DNA of 64,000 nt. It comes from Takakia lepidozioides. Its lineage: Eukaryota; Plantae; Bryophyta. The translations under genes and the position numbers were made by a program. Shown here piece by piece: positions 23,791-36,784 of this stretch (within the stretch, counting starts at the first letter, position 1; each line of letters opens with the position of its first letter). The stretch lies in assembly GCA_030704615.1 (NCBI GenBank), contig CM060734.1, positions 8,122,001-8,186,000 on the forward strand. The letters run 5' to 3'. Below the pieces are notes generated by a model, which searched no databases, was not told where the DNA came from, and was given only the letters and a program-made list of their open reading frames with translations.

Positions 23791-26700
23791 ATGGCGACTA
23801 AGCAGGCCATGCTGGATTGGATGCATGTAACACTGGAGAACTGGTGGCACTGGCCTGACTGGGAGAGGGAGAGCTACCCGGAGATTCGAGACCTGGCTCT
23901 AGTGCCCGTGTTTGCTCTCATTTTCCCGTCCGTGCGTTTCATTCTCGACTACTTTGTTTTCGAGGTTTGTGCCTACATGCTTGTCTCTCGGAAACTTAGA
24001 GATTGAATACTTACTTGGAACTTAAGGTCGTCTGTGTTTTATTGTGGCTATCTCTGGGAAGTGGCGTGTATTGTAATATATCCTCGAAAGTATTAGGACG
24101 AATCCAATCTGGTGTGTATTTCCCTGCTGGAATTCTGATGTCGAGTTTTGTTGCATTATCCGCCATGCGATAATCAACGTCGGGATTCAAGCTGGTCAGT
24201 GTGTGCAGCCCCGCCTTCCATCCGTTCCTCGGTCTCGGTAGCTTGATGAGTGTCCACAGTTGTTTTCCTTACTGCTGGGATGGCAGACAGTACTTGAAGT
24301 TACCTGGTTCTATAAGAGGGAGAAATGAACAACTCACACACATGTACAATGCAGTCACTCGCCACCCCCTTCTTTGAGTGGCCGATGAATGTCAGTGATG
24401 ATATGGTCCTTCTGCACATCTGTGTGTAGGCATCACTTGAACTAACACTGTGTAGGCTTTTAGATGTATACTCAGACCACAAGCTTCAGCTTTCTGCAAA
24501 GAGAAAGGCTGAAGTACAGCAGGCTCTCAAGGCTTGAACAGTATATCCATTCGCCAAAAGCCCTTACACATACTTGGTTGATAATTAAGTGTGAGATTCC
24601 AGACTGGATCAAACCTAGGCCCAGACTACTGAATTGAGTTTTTCTGGAGGAAGTAGTGGCCACGGGTACTGGCAGCATTCAAATGACTGCAACCTCACAC
24701 TGGTTTAAGGATACCCATCAGGTTATGGCTCTCACTATCCTCTGTAGAGATCAATGAAGCTAGTAATGACTTACATTTACTCTTCCAGAGTTCAAGCTTG
24801 AAAATTTAAAGCGGCTGGTGTGCAGAAATTGGGAAGAAGGTTCATATATTGGAAAGCGGGGCCTCTCAAGAAGGGCCTATCACAAGCTGATCAAGATGCC
24901 AGGCGAAAAAGGCTAGCCAAATACAAGGAATCCGCATGGAAGTGTGTGTATTATGTAACGGCTGAGATATTTGCAGTGGCAATTACTTACAATGAACCCT
25001 GGTTTACAGACACCGAGCAGTTCTGGATTGGTCCTGATCAGCAGCGCTGGCCCGATCAAAAGGCAAAGTAAGGTGCATCCCTCTCTCCGTTGTACTCAGT
25101 ATTTGTCCTGCCTCTATGTAGGCCCGTAACCCCTGCCTCTTTGTCTCTCTTCTTCCTCGACAGCATACATGTGATCTGTTGTGTCCAGACTGGCAGCTAG
25201 ACGGCTACGGCTCTACCTGATATATGTGTATAAGATTGACTGGCTCTTTTTTCATGATATATGCTATTGTAACAGAGCAAGACACACTGTGATATAAGCA
25301 TACCAGACTATGATGCAGCCATTGTGAATGAAGCATTCTGCCCTTGTGCGAAGTATGGGAATTATTCTCAGCTTTCATGTTTAAGGGTTCTACCATTTAG
25401 TTTTCACTACTTCAATTCCTGTTGTGTAACTGCTACTGGTTGAACAGGCTCAAGTTGAAGGTGCTCTATTGTTTCGCTGGGGGATTTTACACATACAGCA
25501 TCTTTGCACTGATGTTTTGGGAGACACGGCGTTCAGACTTTGGTGTCAGTATGTCACATCATGTCGCCACGGCTTTCCTCGTCATCTTCTCTTACTATGC
25601 CAGGTTCCTTCTCTTCTGGCACTCTCCTGTAAGATCAGGTGCACCCCTGTTTTAGTTGTGGTCACTGGCCAGATGCTAAGGGAAACAGAAGTAAGTCCTC
25701 ACCTCAATTCCTTTCCAAGAGAACATTGGGTTGCCCTGTCTGCCTCATTTTTGCATGTCTGCAAGCTCTTCTGTGGTTCTGTTTATGAAAATCTTGAACC
25801 TTAAACTCTGACTTCACTTTTGAACCACCCAAAGATGTGAAAGCTGACTCTTAGAAGTTTGGAGGCTTACAGTATGGATCTTATGTTGCGGTGGGACAGG
25901 TTTGCTCGTGTCGGTTCGGTGGTGCTAGCAATACATGACGCCAGTGATGTGTTTTTGGAGATAGGGAAGCTCACTAAATATAGTGGCTTTGAGATTGTCC
26001 CAAGTATTGCCTTTGTGATCTTTGCCATTTCTTGGGTTGTCCTGCGCCTCATCTACTTCCCATGTTATGTTATTTGGAGCACCAGGTACCTACCTGTGCT
26101 TTGCTCAGTGGTTTGCACCTGCTGAGCTCTCCCTGTTCAGTGCTCCTTTTTTGGTCTGTTTGGTTTTTCAAGTCTATTGAACATGGAAATGCACTATGTG
26201 GGATATTGTATGTGGTTCTTCTGTCATAAATAATGTACAAACCTTTGTGCGTTCCTATTGCAGAGGGTATTACAGCCTGCCCTAAATCCTTGCAACAGAA
26301 GTCAACAGAATTATCTTGTCTCAAGAGTGCATTCTGCAGTTTTTTCTTGCATTATAAAGATGAGTGAATGTGGCTGTGGGGCAATTCAATTACGGCATAA
26401 AGTTGGATTGTGATTACCATTATTATGTAGCACTGTGAGGTTTATTGACACAATATGTATGATGAGGCAGTTATGAGGTGCTGCAACTGCTGGACAAGAA
26501 GAGCTACCCACAGGGGCCATGGTTGTACTACATCTTCAACACACTGTTAATCAGCTTGCTCGTTCTGCATGTCTACTGGTGGATTCTTATCTACCGCATG
26601 ATTGTGAGGCAAGTTGAAGCCCAAGGCAAGATCTCAGATGACGTACGCTCTGGTATGCTATCTTCTCTCTGTGGTTCTATTGTTTTGCTGTGTGTGTCCA

Positions 26701-27011
26701 ACTGACCTTTGGAGCAAATATAACTTTTCTCTGTCTCTCTCTCTGTCAATGTAATAGATAGGTGATTGTATTTATTGCTCGACAGGAGGGATGGACCAAG
26801 TGAGCAGCCCCCTACGAACATTAGCTGTGACACCCCTGTTAGAGAGGGGGAAGGGTATGTATTTTAATGTTCGTGTTATGGTCTTGGATGTCCAGAGTCC
26901 AGTCATGGCTCATAGTCTAATTCTGTTGTGTTATTACTGTATATGGTCATCCACGTAAACTTTGGCCAAGCAGACTCAGACTCAGAGGACGAGGATAAGA
27001 AGGAGGATTGA
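23791..27011 (+). CDS. LOH: Ceramide synthase, LAG1/TLC family (LOH1/LOH3/ASC1-like), ~325 aa. Exons 23791-23964, 24826-25067, 25448-25603, 25900-26085, 26471-26652, 26974-27011
   Basis: Motifs [35 protein letters not shown]...[12 protein letters not shown] (Lag1 motif), DDVRSDSDSEDE. All introns are GT-AG and the exons sum to 978 nt in frame. Confidence 0.95.
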
Positions 27012-28277
27012 CCAACAAGGAATTGAGTTGATGCCACATTTGCCAGCATGGGATGATTCGTGTGAGACATTCTCTCAGTTGACCGAGAGTTGCAACTGGA
27101 TTCCACACCATCTGGTCCCATACTTGGATCAAGATCTGAGGATGATTGTTACCACTTCTGAGGGCCATGTATTGTTTCAGAGTATTGCTTTGTGAATTGG
27201 GGCACTCCTGACTGGGAGAGAACCCAAACTGACAGTCACTTTCTTCCTCTCCCAAGTCTGAAGTGGTATCCATTCTTTCTGATGACGGAACTGCAGTATT
27301 TTGTCATGTGTAGCGTATATGTGTGTCCTCAATTCCACAGTATACCTCTTTTTCCTGCAAGCTGGGCACTCTACAAATTGGAACCGTTGGCAAGCGAATA
27401 GGCAGAGGACAGGGTAGAGGCAGAGGATCTGTTCTCTAAAGGTGGACATTTTACATACATGGATGTTGTGACATTCATGTACATTTTCCTGCAGTTCAGA
27501 TGATAATAACAGATGGGTCATCTTTCACTACCGCAAAGATTGTAACAGGTGCAATGATCGTAATTTTTGTGCTCCCTGTAATAAGCATCAGACTGACATT
27601 AGTCAAGTGTCTACTTAAGGAAATGTACACCCGCATTTGCTGCAGCATTTTGTCTCAACTTGCTTTGGGTCCCTTATCTCTCCCCCACTCCCTCTGTTGT
27701 TTTCTCCCTGATGAGGGTGGCACATGCACCCACCTCTCGACAAGTGCACATTACTTCACAGTGGACCTGTACTCCGTTTCGGGCTGTGCAGACCCGGTTG
27801 ATAAACAAGATATCCAGCCTTGATATTTCAAATTCTCAGTTCTTTTTTCTCCTAGCTGCTTGCTGTTCGATACCACATATGCTTCTTAGCTGGGTGCAAG
27901 TCTCAGTGATCCTCTGGCATAACATGAAGCGAGAGACAAACCAGAGGTGAAAGCAAGTCATGTGGATGCCTTATAGACACTAATCGCACTGGCAGGATGG
28001 AAACTTAGAAATATTATTTTGGCAGGTAATTGACCTGCGAGCGCACAACAATCCCTGCAGAAGGGCATGGTTGTCTTGGTTCTTCACTTCAAGGCCATGG
28101 GTCCAGTGCCCAGTACAGACTCATTTGCCTACTCTAAAGGAAAAGATTCAATCCGATCTGATGCCATTTACGTTCAGCTAAATCAACATTTATGCTGCAC
28201 AAGCTGGTCTATCTCTTTGTTCCTCCTGCCACCTATATTGAGGTGTGAGCAAAGTAAAACAGCAAGACTTGGATTCT

Positions 28278-29363
28278 CTATTCCAGCCCTTGCTCTGCAT
28301 TGTTATCTGTCTTCATACTACAAAAACTGTTCCTCAACTCTGAGTACCGTCTGAAACACCGAGATTTGGATTTACCAGGCACAGCAACAGCAACTTTGTC
28401 CCACCGCATTGGGGTGTCCTTGGGAAAAACTTTCAGTGCAGTCAGTAGTGCTTTGTCTTCCTTCTCTGTCCAGTCAGATCTGCTCACCTTCCCTTCTATT
28501 CCATTGGGTGCGCTGTCGCTACTTGTATCTTTGCCCTTCCCGCCCTTCACTTGACCACTTGATGATGGTTCCAAATTTGATGATGCTTGCTCTCTAGGGT
28601 TGGCATCCCATCTCTGGCTCAATGGAGAGTTGATTGCTTTCTCTGCACCCTTTCGTTCTGCTAGAAACTTGGCATATGCGTCCCCCTCAGCAAACTTCTT
28701 CTCTCCCAACAATTTGGACATCTTAATCACACTCTCCACACTGTGAGCTCCAGCAAAAGCTTCAGAAATTACCTCCCATCGTTGTAATGTTCCCCGGGGA
28801 TGCTTGACCATTTGCTTCCTAAGTAGATCAATCTCATCTCCAGTCCACTCCTTCTCTGTCCCGTCCGTGAAATTGCGGCCAAAAAGACTTCCATCCCCAG
28901 ATTGCTGCTCTTTCTCATCTTTTCGTGAACCTTTAGCACTATCATTGGCAACTGGTACTACGTCCTCAACCATCCTTTGCATCATGTTCTCTCTTGACGA
29001 TACCCTCTCGATATTCGTATCATGCTTTCTAGTGAAAGTTTTGCTATAGCTTCTCTTTTCTGTGTCAACGGGCGAACACTCTAAAACTACTTCAGGGAGA
29101 AGCCTCCCAAAACCCACTCTGCAATCGCCCCCTGTTACGAAGGAAGGTGCAAAAGGACCAATCAATAAAGAGGATGCCAACCACAAAGCCAGAAACTGGT
29201 AAAGGCCTGCCGCCGTCCAGGCATAGCTCAACAAAAGTATTCCAAACCCTACACAAACTGCTATTTGAAATTTATTCAAATCTACATCCTCCGGTTGAGA
29301 GTCCAGAGGCCCAGACTGGAGCTGAAAACGCGGTCTTGTGTCATCGACCACATCAAAATCCAT
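28278..29363 (-). CDS. MAMYB: Membrane-anchored MYB/SANT protein (MAMYB-like), intronless CDS, 361 aa
   Basis: N-terminal RPRF motif, two hydrophobic helices, GPFAP..TGGDCRVG, and two SANT repeats (WTGDEIDLLRKQMVKHPRGTLQRWE; WTEKEDKALLTALKVFPKDTPMRWDKVA). Confidence 0.9.
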   Translation of the reverse strand: MDFDVVDDTRPRFQLQSGPLDSQPEDVDLNKFQIAVCVGFGILLLSYAWTAAGLYQFLALWLASSLLIGPFAPSFVTGGDCRVGFGRLLPEVVLECSPVDTEKRSYSKTFTRKHDTNIERVSSRENMMQRMVEDVVPVANDSAKGSRKDEKEQQSGDGSLFGRNFTDGTEKEWTGDEIDLLRKQMVKHPRGTLQRWEVISEAFAGAHSVESVIKMSKLLGEKKFAEGDAYAKFLAERKGAEKAINSPLSQRWDANPREQASSNLEPSSSGQVKGGKGKDTSSDSAPNGIEGKVSRSDWTEKEDKALLTALKVFPKDTPMRWDKVAVAVPGKSKSRCFRRYSELRNSFCSMKTDNNAEQGLE

Positions 29364-30307
29364 GACCTAAACAGAGAGATTGAAGCTAAAATTCTGCAAT
29401 GCAAATGCCTCTCCGCACTGTACAGGCAGAACAGCAAGGCGGACCTAAGCTTTGAAGAAAGTTACCATCGGCCACCTAGTCTGCAATCTCAAGGCAGATT
29501 GCCAAGAATCTTGAAGCCGAACATCAAAGTACAATCTGTAAGGTGAAGAAGGAAACACAACCTAGCTGTGATTTCCACAAGACACCTACAAGAATCAATC
29601 ACCCAGCCCCACCCACCGGATCAAACATCCCTTCAAGCAGCGCAAGTGCACGACGGTCGCACAGAGACTCTTCATCTCTTCAAAACGAACGTACTAGGTA
29701 TATACCCAGGTACCTTTGCTCATCCATCCAGACTGATGGATGCAAAGCGTCCAGTCGCGCGTGCGGGCTACGATGAGTAATGGCTGCCGTGTTGCTCGTG
29801 CAGAACCGCAAGAATATTCTTGCGAGAGCCTCCCCCCCGGGAGACGTTTTCAGGGCGGGGGTAAACTAACCCTGGTTACCGTATAAGTCAGCGCGACCGG
29901 CCGTAGGCGGTTCTGGAGTCGGACTCCCCGTGGAGCGGAACTTGAGGGAACCGGGGGGAGCCGGTGGCGCGGTACCCTTTCTCGCACAGGGTCCAGTCGC
30001 CCGCGCTTCTCTTCCTGCGAGAAGGGCTCTTGGACCCCTAGTCTGCGGTGGTCGCTGGATCTTGACAGTGGAGGTTTAAGCGATGGAATAGCGAGGCAGT
30101 GGGGGATCGGGGAAGCTGGATTGGGAGGAGGGGAGGTGATTGGGGTGAGGAGGAGGTGAATGCAAGAGTGTGTGGTCAAAAGAGCAAAGAGGAGGTAGAA
30201 GGGAGTGGGGGCAGTCGACGGGTCCGAACGAGGATCAAACGGGGGAAATCATTGAACTCCGCGCCTTTTTGGCGGTGGCTCTCTGAGCCAGAGTCCAGAT
30301 CTTGAAA

Positions 30308-33300
30308 ATGCAGGCTCTGAGTAGGGCTGCGCTTTTTGGGGCAGCTTACTTGGTTTTCTTACTACATCTTTGTGGTGCTTCCGAGTATGATCACAAGGTC
30401 AGCCCCATTCTGTGCTGCTAGGTGTACGCGCTGCAGAAGTTGTGGTGGTGACTTTAGCTTTCAATGTGTTGTGTGATGGCCTTATTTGCACTCCTGCATA
30501 TGTCGTTCTGCTTCCCAGAATCTACAGATTTTCCAGAAGGAGAGAAATCTGTTTCTTGGGATTAACTTCTTTGGCTCTGTCTCATAGCAGTTTTGATACA
30601 CGCTCCCTTGCTTGTTGAGACTGCAAGTCCTCTTTCTGAGTTCGCTAAATCAGAAAGTCGTGAAGTGAGGAAATTTGTGTTGTCCAGCTGGTGGTGAGGC
30701 TAGCAAGCTGGGGGCATATCTGGGGGCTTGATATGTCAGCTCTGGTTATTTTCTTGGATATCCAAATTTTCGCCGCAATGCTTGATTATGACTAGCCTCG
30801 TTGTGTAACGTTTTGAAAATCTATGAATGAGCATGTTGCCCTAAGTTGTTAATTCCGTTATCCACGAGGACCTGGACGAAATTGCTGATCTTTGCTTACT
30901 ACTTTTTCCTTGTCATTTAATCAGTATGAAGCAGGCGATCAGGTGAATCTGTGGGTGAACAAAGTGGGACCCTACAACAACCCCCAAGAAACATACAACT
31001 ACTACAGCTTGCCATTCTGCAGACCAGGGAGTGGAATTCAGAGTCACAAGTGGGGAGGACTTGGGGAGGTCCTGGAGGGGAATGAGCTCATTGACAGTGA
31101 AATTAACATCAAGTTTAAAAGTAAGTGTCCAAAAGCTGAAATGTCCAAAAGCATGTGCTCAACTTCAGGACTATTATGCCAAAAAAATTAGGTCATGCAC
31201 AGGGCTTGTCGCAGCTGAAACCATCCACCTAGATCTTGGAATTAATGCGCAATTAGGCTCAGGTGCTGATGTAATGGTCTGCAGTATAGAGTATAGCCAT
31301 CACATGGGAGCCACAGTGTTGGCAATGGAAAGAAACATGAATCAACTTAACTCTAATAGCGTTTGGAGGAAAACTGGAGGGACCAGCTTTGGACACTGTT
31401 ATGGACCATTTCTCGACTTTGACTTCTCCAGCTGGATTGAAGCTCAATCGTTCCAATGGGTTGCCCTTGGCTGTCGGAGCTCTATGGCAGTTCCACACTG
31501 ACATTGTCTAAGGACCGGTCAAGCAAAGGCACAAGCATTGTCAAAAGAAAGCATATATGTATACTTGCATGTAGGTAAGTAAGATCTTGTAGTTTACAAG
31601 TGGTATTTCTTACCAGATTCGGTTGACAAGAAGATGATTTGCAAATTCGAGCTGGACAGCGAGAAGGCAGGGTTGTTCAAGGAAGCCATTGCCAACATGT
31701 ACTGGTTTGAGTTCTTCATGGGTGAGCCCATCTACTCAGTCCAACCCCTAATCCGAACTTGTTCTGGAGAGGAAGTACTTGCTGGGTTGTTGATCTCAAC
31801 GGCCTTCCTTCTTAGTTTATCAATAGGGTTTTTCATCTTGGATATGCCATTGTGGGGCCCATCAACTTCTCATCAATGGCCTACTTCTGAAGCCAGCAGT
31901 ACATTTTTAAGTCTTAGTGGGTATCAATTGGGTTCACAAGTCTTATGGAAGCTCATATCTAAGTGCTAATAATCTACTCTGTCATGAAGCCTTTGTATTG
32001 TAAGCTCATTGTAGTGCTAATAATCTACTCTGTCATGAAGCCTGGTAAGCTCATTGTAGGGATTTCACATTAATGAGCTCTTGATCTGATTCTTGTTTGG
32101 TTTTGTGGTTGTGCATCGTATGACGGGAAAAGTTCAGATGACCTGCCACTTTGGGGTACGTCCTGCCCACTCTGCTCGTCATCTGGATCCCTCTTGCTTG
32201 TGTGCTACAGTCTGAATATGCATCTCTGCCCAAGCCTTTCTGGATCTATGGCAGGATGGTGGCCTCTTTGTTTGGCCATTTTTTGGGCCGTCATCTTAGG
32301 CATTGAAGCTGTTACATGCAGGGTTCGTGGGGGAGCACCATCCAGAGAAGGAGAATGAAGATTCAAAGCATTTGATTTCCACCCACAAAAGCTTTGTTGT
32401 TAAATACAACAAAGACCAGGTGCGTCTTCCTCAAGAACCCCCTGGAGGATGCCATGTTTGGTTCATGTGCCCTTGATTATATCAGTGTCAGCTGATTGCA
32501 AGTGTTTATCTACCTTACAAATCTCTCCTTCTGGTGGGGTTAAGTTACGAACTTCTACTGGTTTGTATAACTGCCATGGATACTGTCTCATCTTTTGGCT
32601 AGAATTAGCATGTAATTCTGGAGCTATGCACATAGTTGATCTATGGTTTGTATACTGCACGGACGCTTTAGCACCTTCTTTCAAGCCCAGCATTATCACA
32701 TCACAGAGATTTACTGCTTGGATTTACCAAGCTTGTCCGTTTGGCTGTTGTTATGTGGTCTTGCAGATCATTCAAGTGAACCTGACTCAAGAGAATCTGC
32801 AGCCCGTCATATCTGGAAAGACTGTGGAGCTCACGTATGCTGTCAAGTGGGTGGAGACCAACACCTCTTTTGCCAGGCGATTTGATGCCTATTTGGACTA
32901 CCCCTTCTTTGAACATCAGGTACTGGAAACTTCATGCATGAGTTATCTCATAGCTTGATCTGACACTGGGTCAATGTGATTTACCATGCTTCCTGTGCTT
33001 TACATGAATCTCAGACATATAGTCTGAAATGTTTTTCTCAAGCTCTTAGATAAGATCACATGTACTTTCAGCATGCCCTCTGTTTTGTAGCTTCCCCCAT
33101 CAGAAGCCTAATGTACTCGATAATGTGCAGATCCACTGGTTCTCCATATTCAACTCCTTCATGATGGTCATCTTCCTGACTGGGCTTGTTTCCATGATTC
33201 TGATGCGAACACTTCGGAATGATTATGCCAAGTATGCCCGCGAGGAAGATGATTTGGAAACACTGGTAATTGAGGCATTTATTTCACAATTGTGGCTTTC

Positions 33301-36300
33301 TTGTATGCTGTTAGTGGTTGAAACCAGCTTTGAGTGAGCATAGCTTGAAGTCAGCTGTACAGTGGATCATTTGGTGTCCATATATCACAATACAAGTGAA
33401 CTCTCCACTGCTTATGTTTAAAGAGCATTTGATGAATCCTGACCTCAATTTGTACCTCACAGCAGATAGAGAGAGCAAGTTGGAAGCTAAAATGGATCTT
33501 CACTTTTGGTATCCGTCATATATTAAAGGACGCTGATTTCTCTTGCTGTCAATACGTGAAGGAATAGCCAATTGACTTCGCAGACTCCTAGGCAAAGTTT
33601 GTTCCTTTGTTGTGATTTCATGAGTTGTGATGACCATGCTGCCTGCTAATGGATGTTGGTTGAAGGTTAAAGCATATTGTAGACTACTTGGCCATTGGCT
33701 ATGAATTTGGTTGACCCTGACAAGGCCATACCTACCTTCATGTTGTTAGAGTCTGGGAGCTGATGGACAGATGGTGGCACATGGCTCCCTCATCTGCAGG
33801 AAAGGGATGTAAGCGAAGAGTCAGGCTGGAAGTTGGTTCATGGAGATGTATTTCGGTCTCCCCGCAATCTGGTTCTCTTATCATCGTTGGTGGGGACAGG
33901 AGCTCAGCTCGCAACGCTTGTGTTGCTTGTGATTCTTCTAGCGATTGTTGGCATGCTTTATGTAGGGTATGTCCAATGCTTTGGGAACTGCATGTTGATG
34001 ACTTTTGGATTAGTTATACTAGCAGTTGCCGTGGTTAGCAGAGGTGTGAGGGTATTGTTGAAAATGTGAGGGAGACTTTATATGCTGCAGGATGTATCTA
34101 GAAACTTCTAAGCAGTGACCTTCCATACAATATCTGATGACAAATACTTCCCACAAATCTTACAGTTCATGTCAGCAGCAATATGTTTGTGAGAGTAATT
34201 GTTTAGTGACCAGTTTGGGCAGAGGAGTGGCTGACAATCAGTTTACGGCGGTGTGGTGACACTCACAACAATACATGTTTATGGAGGTCCAATGTTTGGA
34301 TGACAGTAGTGCTTTACCTTGTACGGATGTTGTCCATATGCACAAAAACCCGAGTACAAATAGAGGCCTAGGACCGAGTCATAGACCACTTAGTTCTAGG
34401 GGACAGCTTCTCTGGATATATGGACAGGAACTTTCAAAAGCCTTTTCACAGACTAGCACCTACGCGGAGAAACTTGGCCATTGCATTGTGTGTCTCTGTT
34501 CTGACAAGATTTGCACAACGTGGTCACAGACGTGGAGCTATTGTAACAACTTTCATCGTGTGCTATGCACTGACATCTTTTATATCAGGATATGTGAGTG
34601 GAGGTTTCTACTCTCGCAATGATGGTAATGTCACCGCAGCTTTTCTTATTGTCAAGTTGAGGTTGCTCTGGTCTTAATACGTAGGGTTAAAGCAGTGTTA
34701 TGATGCAACATGCCCTGAAATAGCTTTTTTGCCCCCTTGTACAAATTAAGATTGAGAATGCTCACAATTGAAGAATAAATTTAACGAATCATCTAAATAT
34801 CACCAGTAAATAGTTGAGTATGTGGCACTTCTGTTTTACTGGAGTGAGCTCATCGTGATTTAGAGAAATAATTCCAAAGAACTCATTAAGTGCAACCTCT
34901 CACAGTTCTGTGTTCCCAAATTGCTGCAGGAAAGCACTGGATCAAATCAATGCTTCTCACTGCTTCTTTGTTCCCATTCACATGCTTTGGTATCGGCTTC
35001 CTCTTGAATACTGTCGCCATCTTCTATCATTCCCTGGCGGCAATTCCATTTGGCACCATGGTCAGTGTTATATTTCCAAACTGCCCACTGCCAAATTGTT
35101 TCTGCCATGGCAAGTAGAAAGAAGGAAACCCATGTGGTTCCAACCTTTCTATTCTTAGCTATTTGCAAGGATTTCCATGCCAGTGAGGAAGAACCGATAT
35201 TTTGCAGTCGGCTCATGTTGACCAATCTGAAGTACTCTGTAGTTTTACAATTGCAGTCAATGTTGATGGGATGTTTCAGGTGGTGGTTTTTGTTATCTGG
35301 GCCTTCATATCGTTTCCTTTGGCTCTTCTGGGGACAGTGGTGGGCCGCAACTGGAGTGGGGTCCCTGACAATCCTTGCAGGGTTAAAACCATTCCACGCC
35401 CAATCCCTGAGAAGAAGTGGTATCTGACACCTTCAGTGGTTGCTCTCATGGGTGGATTACTTCCTTTTGGAAGCATCTTCATTGAAATGTACTTTGTGTT
35501 CACCTCTTTCTGGAATTACAAGGTACAGCCGAAGTCATGATACTTATGAATGAGCGTGTGAAAGTCATTGATGATTATTTCTGATGATCCGAGTGTAGTT
35601 GTTATTCTGGGCTTTGTTAGTTTCAAAGACATTGGGAACAAGGTAGAACTTGTGGAATACGGTATACTGTAGTTTTTCCTGCCTGCATGTGTTTCATGTA
35701 CCTTCGTCAAGGTAGTAGCTATGTTTGCACTAGCAGGTACAATCACAGGTTACTCTCCAGATGATCAAATTTGGGCAGAGTTATGAGTAGCATTTGGTGC
35801 CCCAATTTGATAGATGCTGGTTTTACATTCTTTTAAGCTGTTGCAGGGTCATGCTCCTAGCAGTGGATGGGAATACCCGAAGTAGTTCGGAATGCTTTCT
35901 CATAGCTTCTTCAGCTTTTCCCTTTTCTTCTTATGTTTTTTCTTAGAACGTAGGAATTCTTATCTTCCTGAGGAGTGGGTGTGTCATGTGCGTCCTTGAC
36001 ATTACTTGTGCACGTCGATGTTTGTGGCAGGTGTACTATGTGTATGGGTTTATGTTCCTGGTGTTTTTGATACTTGTCATAGTGACAGTCTGTGTGACCA
36101 TTGTGGGGACCTACTTTTTGTTGAATGCCGAGAACTATCACTGGCAATGGACATCCTTCTTCTCAGCAGCATCAACAGCGGGTTATGTGTACCTTTACTC
36201 AATATATTACTATTTCATGAAGACAAAGATGTCAGGGTTCTTCCAAACGAATTTCTACTTCGGCTACACTCTCATGTTCTGCCTTGGTCTGGGCATTCTT

Positions 36301-36784
36301 TGTGGTAAATGGAGATGTCCTTTGCCCCTGTTGAGCTAAGCTTGGTTTCAAACTGCAAACTGTGTAGAACCATTCGTTAAGTGTCATCATTTCATGCGTG
36401 ACCTAGGTTGGAACATAAATTTTCCACCAGGGTATCATTTTGGGGCCTAGGAATCCTACGGCCTAATTTGGAAGTGTGTCAAGTGTATAAGCACAGGGAG
36501 TAGCAGAGACTTTGAAGCAACGAGTCTGTTGTCCTCGTCAAAATTTCTCTCTACGTGGTAGATTAGCAAGATATAAGTTACTTTGAAAGTCCATTTTTCC
36601 ACAGTAAGAGTTTTCATAATCTAGACACATTTTGAAGGATGCAACCTGGGAGTCGTCAATATGGCTTGGAGCCAGATATTCCACTGCTGCTTCTAACAGT
36701 GCCAATATTTCTGCAGGTGCTGTTGGTTATCTAGGCTCATCTGTGTTTGTACGGCGTATCTACCGGAACATCAAGTGTGATTGA
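30308..36784 (+). CDS. TMN1: Transmembrane 9 superfamily protein (TMN1/EMP12, TM9SF3-like), ~590 aa. Exons 30308-30397, 30925-31120, 31617-31721, 32138-32155, 32322-32419, 32767-32919, 33131-33265, 33800-33966, 34530-34624, 34930-35060, 35280-35522, 36031-36304, 36717-36784
   Basis: Signal peptide; [63 protein letters not shown]; C-terminal IYRNIKCD (KxD/E Golgi motif). GT-AG introns; 1773 nt in frame. Confidence 0.97.
31950..32060 (+). repeat. ~52-bp tandem duplication in TMN1 intron 3
   Basis: AAGCTCAT...AGTGCTAATAATCTACTCTGTCATGAAGCCT occurs twice, plus a partial third start. Confidence 0.8.
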
